Shown: positions 29,690-37,716, numbered from the stretch's first letter. The stretch is DNA of 40,565 nt from an uncultured Gemmatimonadaceae bacterium (GCA_964385525.1 CAYLPM010000199.1:1-40565), one strand, 5' to 3'. Translations and numbers: made by a program. The notes: generated from the sequence alone by a model not told the origin.

Positions 29690-30118
29690 CTAGCGGCGCG
29701 TGAGCGTCATCTGAATGAAGGTACCGAAGAACATTCGATCCCCCACGAGCGTCTCGCCGACCACGGTGAGCGGCACGTCACCGAGAAACGCGTCGGCGGT
29801 GCTCTCGAGGGTCACGGTATTGCCGCTCAACCTCCACGTGCCGTCGAGGCTCAGGTCGAGATCGCCACCGCCCTCATCGCCCTGCGGCACGAAGAGCACC
29901 CCGAACGCCGCTCCATCGGTCTCGAGCTCGAGCGCGATCTCGGCGCCAGCCGCGAGCTCATCGGTGGAGACGCCGCCAGTGATCGTGGTGAACCGGGTCG
30001 CCTGATACGAACCCGCGACCTCCGCCATCGATGGGCCTGCCGGGTCCCCGCCGCAGGCGACGACGAGCATCGCGAACCACAGCAGCACCGCGCCGTGCCG
30101 GACCGCGTATTTCCGCAT
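29690..30118 (-). CDS. Hypothetical small lipoprotein (142 aa), beta-rich
   Basis: A very strong RBS (GGAGGAGGAAcgATG) precedes the signal/lipobox MRKYAVRHGAVLLWFAMLVVAC-GG. Confidence 0.72.
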   Translation of the reverse strand: MRKYAVRHGAVLLWFAMLVVACGGDPAGPSMAEVAGSYQATRFTTITGGVSTDELAAGAEIALELETDGAAFGVLFVPQGDEGGGDLDLSLDGTWRLSGNTVTLESTADAFLGDVPLTVVGETLVGDRMFFGTFIQMTLTRR

Positions 30119-30167
30119 CGTTCCTCCTCCCTGAAGCGACAGGCGTGCGCGGCGAGCTCGCGATCGA

Positions 30168-30575
30168 CTACACCGACTCCGGTCGGCTCTCCCGCCGCCG
30201 GAGCCGCGACGCGAGCGTCTGCACCCGCTCGTTCAGCTTCGGATGTGCCACCAGATCGAAGTGTGTCAGAACGATCGGCGACGAGATCTCCCGGTCGTGA
30301 GAGAGATCGGCGGCCACTTCCTCGGCGAGGACGGGCCAGTCCTCGATCCCTATCGGGCCGCGCGGCCAACCGTAGTTCCGCGCATCGATCCAGCCATCCC
30401 AGAACGCGAGGGCGATGTGCAGTCGACCCAGCTCGGGCGCCGTTCCGGTGGGAAACCGATTCTCGAGGCTATCGAAGCGCCGACCGATCTCGTCGTAGTG
30501 CTTGGCCGCGTGGGCGCGGGCATCGCCGCGAAGCTGCTCGACGAGCGTGTCGCGAGCGGCAGCGTAGGTCAACAT
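30168..30575 (-). CDS. Hypothetical cytosolic protein (135 aa), no recognised family
   Basis: ATG start and high GC3. Contains LHIALAFWDGWIDARNYGWPRGPIGIEDWP. No TM segment or signal peptide. Confidence 0.6.
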   Translation of the reverse strand: MLTYAAARDTLVEQLRGDARAHAAKHYDEIGRRFDSLENRFPTGTAPELGRLHIALAFWDGWIDARNYGWPRGPIGIEDWPVLAEEVAADLSHDREISSPIVLTHFDLVAHPKLNERVQTLASRLRRRESRPESV

Positions 30576-30815
30576 GCATGCAAAGTAGCGCCAGACCCGG
30601 GTGCCATGCTATCGCCGGTGCCGCGTTCGGTACCCGACCACGGCGAGGCGCGGAGCTCGATGCGTGGGACCCAGCACCAGGGAGTCCGCCCGGGCGCTTT
30701 CCGCGTGACCCCTGGCGTGCTACCCGCGGGCGAGCCGCTGGGCGATGGTCGTCATGGTCAGTTCCTTCGTCGAGTCAATGCTCGAGGAGCACCACGGTAT
30801 CCCATCCGTAGGAGA

Positions 30816-31508
30816 TCAAACGGCCTCGGCGGGACTGACGCGACCGATGCCCCGGACGGACTGTCTGATGCGGACGCGCCAGAGCCAGTAGACCATGGTC
30901 ACGAGGATTGCCAGCACAGGAAGCGCGAGCAGGGGCATGATCCGGAGAGCGCTCGGGAATTCGTCCGCCTGGCCGATGAAGAACGACATCGCCGCGATGA
31001 ACAGCGCGACGCACATGCGCCACAGGTGCCGGGCGAGGCGACGCCCGCCCGTGTAGGCCCCGGCCCGCATCATTCGCACGTCGCCCAGGCTCCCCAGCAG
31101 TCCGATCACGCCGAACAGGAAGAAGGGGAACGCGGGGATTCCGTTCCTCTGGCCGCCGTTGGCGAGCGCCTCGAGTCCGAACGTGAGACACATGAGACCC
31201 GTTGCCGACGCTACCAGCAGGGTACCGAAGCCCAGCCAGCGCGAGCCGCGAACAACGGGTCGCACTGTGGTCAGCGCGGTGATCACCAGGTAGGCGCTGA
31301 TCACCCCCGCCGGGATGTTGACCTCCCGCCACACGCCCCGCACGGCCGCGAGGATGATGCCCGCAACGCACATCGTGAGCATCGTGCAGACGAACACCAT
31401 CCCCGCCTTGCGATGCACCGGAGCGCCCTTCGCCGAGTAGAGCGCGATGTAGCCCGAAGCGAGTCCCAGCCCGCCGGCGGCGATGTGGACGATCAGCGTC
31501 ATGCGCAT
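30816..31508 (-). CDS. Integral membrane protein of unknown function (about six TM segments; possibly DUF2306/DUF2269-like)
   Basis: The ATG at 31508 (MRMTLIVHIAAGGLGLASGYIALYSAKGAPVHRKAGMVF...) lies within listed ORF 30816..31613 and is 37 nt downstream of the ADOP permease stop. Several hydrophobic helices are present. Confidence 0.7.
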   Translation of the reverse strand: MRMTLIVHIAAGGLGLASGYIALYSAKGAPVHRKAGMVFVCTMLTMCVAGIILAAVRGVWREVNIPAGVISAYLVITALTTVRPVVRGSRWLGFGTLLVASATGLMCLTFGLEALANGGQRNGIPAFPFFLFGVIGLLGSLGDVRMMRAGAYTGGRRLARHLWRMCVALFIAAMSFFIGQADEFPSALRIMPLLALPVLAILVTMVYWLWRVRIRQSVRGIGRVSPAEAV

Positions 31509-31545
31509 GTCCGTCCCCTCGGCACGCTTGTGTTCCCGCCCATGT

Positions 31546-34239
31546 CTACTGAGCGCGCATGGTGATGGCCGGATCGATGCGCGCGGCCCGAAGTGCCGGA
31601 ATCCAGCACGCACCGATCCCGATCGCGCCCATCATCGCCGCCACGCCGATGAGCGTGGCCGGGTCGTGCGGCGCGACACCGAACAGCAGTCCGCGAATGG
31701 ACTGCGCGGCGACCCAGGCGCCGCCAACACCCAGCACGAGGCCGATCGCCAGCAGCACGCCCCCTTCACCCAGGATCATCCGCTGGACCCGGCCGCCGTC
31801 CGCGCCGAGGCTCATCCGGATGCCGATCTCGTTGGTGCGCGCGCTCACCGAGAACGCCAGGACGCCGGCAATCCCCACCGCTGCGACGACGACGGCCAAT
31901 ATCCCGAACGACGAGATGAGTGCCGCGTTCAGGCGCCGGGGAGAGATGCTGCGGTCCTTGTACTGCTCGATCGTCATCACGTTCTCGATCGGCGCCGTCG
32001 GCGCGATGCGCCGCACGATACGCGTCGCCGCGGGGATCAGTGCCGCGACGTTGCTGTCGGCGCGAATCACCAGCCCGCCGCCCATCGCCAGCATCTGCGT
32101 GAACGGCATGAACACGACGGCACTCGGCTCGGCGTCCAGCCCACCGTCACGCGTGTTGCCGGTGACGCCGACGATCGTGCGCCAATCGGCGCTGATCGGC
32201 GTGAAGCGCAGGACTTCGCCCGTCCACGCGATCCGCTTGCCGACCGGATCTTCGCCGGGGAACATCCGGTCGGCGAGAAACCGGTTGAGGATCACGACCT
32301 TCTCGGAGTTGACGCGGTCGGTGATTGAGAACGTGCGACCCTGAAGCAGCGGAATCCCCGCCGCGCGAAAGAACTCGGGACCGGCGGTGCGCAGCTCGGC
32401 ACGCGGCAGCGCTTCGCCGACGGCCGGAGATCTGCCTTCGACCTTGACGTCGAACCGCACGTCCGATGCACGCAGCGGCATGGGCGAACCCACACCGACC
32501 TCGATGACACCGGGGAGCGCCGCCATCGCGCGACGCATCTGCTCGTACCGCTCCTTGGCCGTGATGTCGGCCGAGGGCTCGAAGAGCAACTCGGTCGGGG
32601 TCAGGAGGGGCACCTGCATCGTGAGGATCTCCTCGGCCCGGAGGCCGGTGTCCACGTCCGCGAGACGGAGCATCGTCCGGGTCAGCAGTCCGGCGCTCGC
32701 GAGCAGTACCACCGAGACCGCGACCTGCACGACGACGAGCGCACGCTGGAGCCGGTGTTTCCCGAGGCTTCCGCTCACTCGCTGCGCACCGGCCAGGATC
32801 CGGGACGCGAAGCGACCCTCGCGCGGCAGCGATGCCAGGAACGACAGCATCAGCCCGACGCTCACCGACAGCGCGAGCATGAATCCGAAGACCGTTCCGT
32901 CGAGCCGGATCTCACCCGCCCGCGGCGAGTAGCGCTCGGCGAGCGACGTCAGCAGCCCGACGCCGCCTGAGGCGATCGCCATTCCGAGTGCCGCGCCGAG
33001 GAAGGCCAGCAGGAGATTCTCCACCAGCAGCAGCCGGCGCAGGCGTGCCACACCGGCGCCGAGCGCCGCGCGGATCACGAGCTCGTGCTCCCGGCGCACA
33101 CCGCGCATGAGTGTCAGGTTGGCGACGCTCGACACCGAGATGATCAGGACGAACGCGGCGGCGCCCATCAGGAGCCACAGCGTGAGGCGTGCGCGCTCGC
33201 CGAGCACCTCGTGAAACGGGATGACCGCGACGCGTGGGTTGCTCGCGGGGTCATAGGCTTCCTGGTACTGGCTGCGCAGCCGTGCATACACGGCGTCGAC
33301 CTCGGCCCGCGCCTGCTCGATGCTGGTGCCGCCTCCGATGCGGGCGACGACCTCGGTCATGCGATGCGTCCGGCCTTCCACCATCATCGCGCTCAGGTGA
33401 TGATCGCTGTTCACCATGTTGAGCAGCGCATCGATGCGATCCGGGAAGAACGGCGCTGGCTGGAGCACGCCGATCACGGTCACCCATTTCTTGTCCAGCA
33501 TGAGTTGACGGCCGACGATGCCCGAGTCGCCACCGAAGCGCTGCCTCCAGAAGTCGTGCGTCAGCACGGCCACGCGCGGCACACCCTGTCCATCATCGCT
33601 CGGCTGCGTGACCCGGCCGAGAACCGGCGCGAGTCCCATGACCTCGAAGTAGTTGCCGGTGACGAGACCGACACTGATGCGGGTGGCTCCCTCATCGGCC
33701 TGGTAGATCATGGACCACGGGGAGTACTCGGCGATGCCGGCGAGCGACGGAACGCCCTCGCGAAGGTCGCGAACCTCCGGAACCGAGAAGTTCAGGTTCG
33801 CGCCGCCTGCAACGTCGCTCGACTGTCGGAGGTAGACGAGCCGGTCGCCGTCGCGATGGGGCAGCGGCTTGAGGAGCACGCCCCGCACGACGGTGAAGAT
33901 CGCCGTGTTGGCGCCAATGCCGAGCGCCAGTGTGACCACGACGACGAGGGTGAACACGGGGCTTCGTCGCAGGATGCGCACCGCATACCGGACGTCGGAG
34001 GCGAGCGTCTCGATCCACGGCAACCCGCGCTGGTCTCGAACCGCCTCGGCCGCCTGTGTGAGGCCGCCTGCCGCCAGCCGCGCCCTGCGTCGTGCATCGG
34101 CGGGAGACATTCCGCGCCGGATGTACTCCGCCGTCTCCATCTCGAGGTGGGCTTCCAGTTCCTCGCGGAGATCGTCGTCCGCCCGGCGCCCGGTGAAGAC
34201 GCCGGCGATGCGCGCGAGCGCGGCGCGTACGTGTCTCAT
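31546..34239 (-). CDS. ADOP-family duplicated permease (MacB/FtsX-like, two FtsX modules), 897 aa
   Basis: The ATG at 34239 overlaps the padR TGA (ATGA). The N-terminus is MRHVRAALARIAGVFTGRRADDDLREELEAHLEMETAEYIRRGMSPADARRRARLAAGG...DVRYAVRILRRSPVFT. The C-terminus is RAARIDPAITMRAQ. Both are hallmark ADOP (TIGR03434-type) features. The listed 1334-aa ORF is read-through upstream of the true start. Confidence 0.9.
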   Translation of the reverse strand: MRHVRAALARIAGVFTGRRADDDLREELEAHLEMETAEYIRRGMSPADARRRARLAAGGLTQAAEAVRDQRGLPWIETLASDVRYAVRILRRSPVFTLVVVVTLALGIGANTAIFTVVRGVLLKPLPHRDGDRLVYLRQSSDVAGGANLNFSVPEVRDLREGVPSLAGIAEYSPWSMIYQADEGATRISVGLVTGNYFEVMGLAPVLGRVTQPSDDGQGVPRVAVLTHDFWRQRFGGDSGIVGRQLMLDKKWVTVIGVLQPAPFFPDRIDALLNMVNSDHHLSAMMVEGRTHRMTEVVARIGGGTSIEQARAEVDAVYARLRSQYQEAYDPASNPRVAVIPFHEVLGERARLTLWLLMGAAAFVLIISVSSVANLTLMRGVRREHELVIRAALGAGVARLRRLLLVENLLLAFLGAALGMAIASGGVGLLTSLAERYSPRAGEIRLDGTVFGFMLALSVSVGLMLSFLASLPREGRFASRILAGAQRVSGSLGKHRLQRALVVVQVAVSVVLLASAGLLTRTMLRLADVDTGLRAEEILTMQVPLLTPTELLFEPSADITAKERYEQMRRAMAALPGVIEVGVGSPMPLRASDVRFDVKVEGRSPAVGEALPRAELRTAGPEFFRAAGIPLLQGRTFSITDRVNSEKVVILNRFLADRMFPGEDPVGKRIAWTGEVLRFTPISADWRTIVGVTGNTRDGGLDAEPSAVVFMPFTQMLAMGGGLVIRADSNVAALIPAATRIVRRIAPTAPIENVMTIEQYKDRSISPRRLNAALISSFGILAVVVAAVGIAGVLAFSVSARTNEIGIRMSLGADGGRVQRMILGEGGVLLAIGLVLGVGGAWVAAQSIRGLLFGVAPHDPATLIGVAAMMGAIGIGACWIPALRAARIDPAITMRAQ

Positions 34240-34580
34240 CGTGCCTCCCGTCGCGGCGCGAGAAATGCAGCGATCAGATCGGCGGTCTGATGCCACTCGC
34301 GGGCTTCGCGCTCCAGCTGCTTGCGCCCGGCGACGGTGAGCGAGTAGAACTTCGCTCGACGATTGTTCTCGGACTGTCCCCACTCCGCGGTGATGAAGCC
34401 CTCCTGTTCGAGCTTGAGGAGCGCGGGGTACAGCGTGCCGTAGTTCAGCGTCAGACGGTTCTTGCTCGTCTCCTCGATGCGGCGCGCGACGCCGTAACCG
34501 TGCAGCGGCCCGAGGACCTCGAGGGTCTTGAGTATCATCAGGGCGAGCGTGCCCTGCTTCACGTCCAGCTTGTCCGCCAT
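34236..34580 (-). CDS. PadR-family transcriptional regulator
   Basis: Winged-helix block ALMILKTLEVLGPLHGYGVARRIEE...GTLYPALLKLEQEGFITAEWGQSENNRRAKFYSLT. Confidence 0.93.
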   Translation of the reverse strand: MADKLDVKQGTLALMILKTLEVLGPLHGYGVARRIEETSKNRLTLNYGTLYPALLKLEQEGFITAEWGQSENNRRAKFYSLTVAGRKQLEREAREWHQTADLIAAFLAPRREAR

Positions 34581-34585
34581 GGTAC

Positions 34586-34610
34586 CGTCCTATGGGATGC
34601 CCATACGACG
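34586..34610. promoter_or_regulatory. Inverted repeat (11-bp arms, 1 mismatch, 3-nt spacer) 6-30 nt upstream of the padR ATG; candidate PadR operator or leader hairpin
   Basis: cgtccTATGGG-atg-CCCATAcgacg, read directly. On the minus strand it overlaps the AGGA RBS of padR. Confidence 0.35.
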
Positions 34611-35040
34611 GTAATGTCCGGACCCGGATCGCGCAATAGCGGGCGTGCGGTGCGGGAGGTTCCCTGACTTGTTCGGCGCGCTTGCGCGGACTACGTTCTC
34701 GTCGGCGACGTCCCACCGGCAAGGGTGTGCGGATGATGATGCGTGTTCCTCCAGGCAGCAGGCTCCGATTCGACGCGCCAGGCTCGAGCAGTTCGCCGGC
34801 GGTTGCGCGCAGCGCGCGATCGACTCGCGGCCGCGGTCGGCTCGAGCCCGGTGGCCGTCCCGGCGAGGCTCGCACGTGCCACCGCAGGGCCGCAACGAAC
34901 GGCCTTTCCGGATCGTGACGGGCGTCTCGTTCACGACCGCCGGTACGCGTATCGTCGAGTCGATCGCGGCGCTTCGGCAGACGCACGAATCGACGCTGGA
35001 CACGGTCGTCGTCGAGTCGCCGCTCCCTGGCGGAGCGGCG

Positions 35041-36918
35041 GTGTTCGTTCGCTTCCTGCTCAATACCGTTCCGTCCTGGGTCCAGCTCGGCGGGATCCTC
35101 GTGGGCGCGATCCTGGGCGTTCTCGTCCTCGTGATGCTCGTCCGCCGCCGCGGTGCGATCGGCGCGTGGGTCACGGCGCAAAGCCGCGCCGCCAAGATCG
35201 CGCTCGCGGTCGTCGCCGTGGTGCTCCTCGCGGGCGTCGCGACTGCGGGCGCCGCGACCTGGAACTACACACAGCACAGCAATGATTTCTGCACGGGGTG
35301 TCACGTGATGAGCCCCGCGTTCGAGCAATTCTCGGGTACCGAGAACAAGCACGCCGAGCTGTCGTGCCACGCCTGCCACCAGCAGCCCCTGTCCGCCAGC
35401 GCGCGCCAGCTCTACCTGTGGGTCGCCGAGCGCCCGGAGGGGATCGGCGAACACGCTCCAGTCGACAATCGCGTGTGCGAGACCTGCCACGCGACCGCCG
35501 ACACGGCGCAGTGGCAGCGCGTCGTGACCACGGCGGGGCACCGGGTGCACCTCGAATCGGATTCGGCGTCACTGAGGGACCTGCAGTGCGTCAGGTGCCA
35601 CGGGGTGGAGGTGCACCGCTTCCGGCCCGTGGCCGAGACGTGCGGTCAGAGCGGCTGCCACGGCACGGAGGACACCGAGATCGTCCTCGGCCGGATGGCC
35701 AGTCAGACCATGGCCCATTGCGCGAGCTGTCACGAGTTCACCGCACCCGTGCCCGCGCTCGCCACTCGCGATTCAGCGTCCGGGACGCTGGTGCCCGGCA
35801 GGGTGCAGTGCATGGGGTGCCACGAGATGCGTGCGGTCCTGGCGGAGTTCGACGAAGGCAGGGATCCGCATGGCGGAAAGTGCGGTTCGTGTCACAATCC
35901 GCATACGCAGACGACGCCGGCAGCGGCGAGCGAGTCGTGCGCGACCTGCCACACGGACTGGCGCGATGAGCCGTTCCACGTGAGTGCGAACCACCGGCGC
36001 GTCGGCGAACGCTGTCTCACGTGCCACCTGCCGCACCAGGCGAAGGTCGACGCGAGCGACTGCCAGGCCTGTCACGAGAGTGTCCGCGCGCGCGGCACCC
36101 TCCGACCGCCGCTGCCCTTTGATAGCAGTGCCGCACTGCGGCGGAGCGATACCACCGCCGCCATGCCGGTGCCGACCGCGGCCCCGGTCGGTCCGTACCA
36201 TGCCGCGCCGGCGCCGTCGCACCGCGGCGGCCCGTTCGTGCCCGATCCCGGCGATGACGCGATGCCGGCCGTTGACGCTCATTTTCCTCGCCCGGCAGTC
36301 GCCGATACGTTTCCGCACGAGCGTCACGTGACGCTCTCGTGCCTCGTGTGTCACCGGACGGGAGCGGGCCAGGGTCGCCTCACCTTCGAGCGTCCTCGCG
36401 GGTGCGACATCTGCCACCACCAGGCGCCGCGGCAAGCCCGGTGCGAGGCGTGCCACCGCACCGACGAGTACGAGCGTCCCGCTCCGCGGACGATCGCCAT
36501 CACGGTGGCCGGTCATCCGCCCCGGCCGCGAAGCGTCGACTTCCTGCACGCACGACACGCCGAGCGGCCGTGCCTCGAGTGCCATACCGAGCCGGTCTCG
36601 CTCGCGCTCGCGCCGGAGAAGGCGCAGTGCACCGACTGCCACGCCGAGCACCATGCCGTCGGCCTGAGTTGTTCATCGTGCCATCCGATCGCCGAACCAC
36701 GACTTGCCCACCCGACGCTCGAGAGCGCGCACCAGCGCTGCGACGTCTGTCACACGCGCGCGACAGTGGAGCAGCTGACGCCCACGCGCGCGTTCTGCAG
36801 TACCTGCCATGCGTCGTCGCACACCAACCACTACGAGCCCCGCGAGTGCACGGTGTGCCACCTGCTCGCGGAACCGGCGGTCTATCGGTCGGAGCTCGTC
36901 ACTCCGCCACCAGGGTGA
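35041..36918 (+). CDS. Membrane-anchored multihaem c-type cytochrome (19 CxxCH + 1 CxxxxCH): NapC/NirT-like N-module, Pro-rich linker, c7/c3-type C-module
   Basis: The ORF is open from GTG 34645. I prefer GTG 35041 because GGAG lies 5 nt upstream and two TM helices follow immediately. GTG 34915 is also possible. The first motif, FCTGCHVMSPAFEQF, resembles the NapC/NirT CxxCHxM signature. FPHERHVTLSCLVCH and FLHARHAERPCLECH resemble cytochrome c7/c3 motifs. Confidence 0.85.
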   Translation: MFVRFLLNTVPSWVQLGGILVGAILGVLVLVMLVRRRGAIGAWVTAQSRAAKIALAVVAVVLLAGVATAGAATWNYTQHSNDFCTGCHVMSPAFEQFSGTENKHAELSCHACHQQPLSASARQLYLWVAERPEGIGEHAPVDNRVCETCHATADTAQWQRVVTTAGHRVHLESDSASLRDLQCVRCHGVEVHRFRPVAETCGQSGCHGTEDTEIVLGRMASQTMAHCASCHEFTAPVPALATRDSASGTLVPGRVQCMGCHEMRAVLAEFDEGRDPHGGKCGSCHNPHTQTTPAAASESCATCHTDWRDEPFHVSANHRRVGERCLTCHLPHQAKVDASDCQACHESVRARGTLRPPLPFDSSAALRRSDTTAAMPVPTAAPVGPYHAAPAPSHRGGPFVPDPGDDAMPAVDAHFPRPAVADTFPHERHVTLSCLVCHRTGAGQGRLTFERPRGCDICHHQAPRQARCEACHRTDEYERPAPRTIAITVAGHPPRPRSVDFLHARHAERPCLECHTEPVSLALAPEKAQCTDCHAEHHAVGLSCSSCHPIAEPRLAHPTLESAHQRCDVCHTRATVEQLTPTRAFCSTCHASSHTNHYEPRECTVCHLLAEPAVYRSELVTPPPG

Positions 36919-36949
36919 ATCGCCGCGCGCGCTGAAGCCTGCCCACGCC

Positions 36950-37255
36950 CTAGATGACCTTGGCGAGCTCGCCGAGCGGCGCAATGGCGACTCCGTCCTG
37001 CACACACCACCACGACCCGCCACGGTACCAGAGCGGGTGGTTGGCATGCCGGGGGCAGGCGGGCCAGGTCGTATCGACGAACGTGTCATGGAAGTGCTGC
37101 TGCACGTCGTTGACCAGCTTCTCGCCGGTGTCCGCGATGCCGAGCTCCCGGACATCCGCGGCCGTGTCTTCAATGAGGCGATCGTACGACGCGCCGAGTG
37201 TAGTCGACACGTCGCGCTCGAGGAGCGGGATCACCTGTGCCAGGTCAGGCGGCAT
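36950..37255 (-). CDS. Hypothetical small protein (101 aa) with a WPACPRH...HPLW...WWC motif
   Basis: ATG start, high GC3, convergent with the cytochrome gene. No recognised family. Confidence 0.6.
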   Translation of the reverse strand: MPPDLAQVIPLLERDVSTTLGASYDRLIEDTAADVRELGIADTGEKLVNDVQQHFHDTFVDTTWPACPRHANHPLWYRGGSWWCVQDGVAIAPLGELAKVI

Positions 37256-37716
37256 CGACGCACTTCCGTGTTGTCAGGGTGACTTCAGGCTCCAGGCTGA
37301 CGCGCGACCGAGATCCCGGCGACGATCGAAGTCCCATCGTGGCGAGCGCAATGAACCACGGCCGATGCATTGGTTCGCTTCGAAAAGCGGATGCGAAGAT
37401 CGGGGTCGCGATCGGCATGACTCTCCATCCCGTGTTGCTTTCACGCAGAGTCCAGTTGCGGCCCTCGTGCGTCGGGCAGTGTTCAGGGCAGCCCGGGCCA
37501 TGGTGAATCTGGAGTGTCGAGGGACGTTGAACCAGATCCGCCGATATGGCGTCGGCCGGTCGATCCGGACGACTCTCGCGGCGTCACCCCGCCGCCGGTA
37601 TCATCCCGGGATCGCCGATGCGGCGAACCGGGTCCGCATCGCATTGCAGCTCACCCCTCCCGACCCAGACTTCAGCCGACGGGCGCGATCCCGCGCGCCG
37701 AGCGAGGCGTGTCCAC

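Noticed and set aside
30677-30715. Imperfect hairpin (ccagggagtc ... gacccctgg) considered as a terminator of the padR-ADOP-membrane protein operon
   Set aside because: It has a 20-nt loop, a bulged stem and no T-tract on the relevant strand, and it lies ~100 nt from the stop. That is too weak to call.
29582-34290. Plus-strand ORFs 29582..30811, 30243..31565, 31483..32328 and 33085..34290
   Set aside because: They are shadow ORFs opposite the ORFan block, the membrane protein and the ADOP permease, with low-complexity translations.
34240-35550. N-terminal 437 residues of the listed 1334-aa minus-strand ORF 31546..35550
   Set aside because: This is read-through in a different frame across padR and antisense to the cytochrome gene. 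The ADOP family N-terminus (MRHVRAALARIAGVF...) starts at 34239 with an ATGA overlap to padR.
37274-37501. 75-aa minus-strand ORF in the gntK upstream gap
   Set aside because: It has poor GC3 bias relative to neighbouring genes, an Arg/Ser-rich translation with no motifs, and no RBS.
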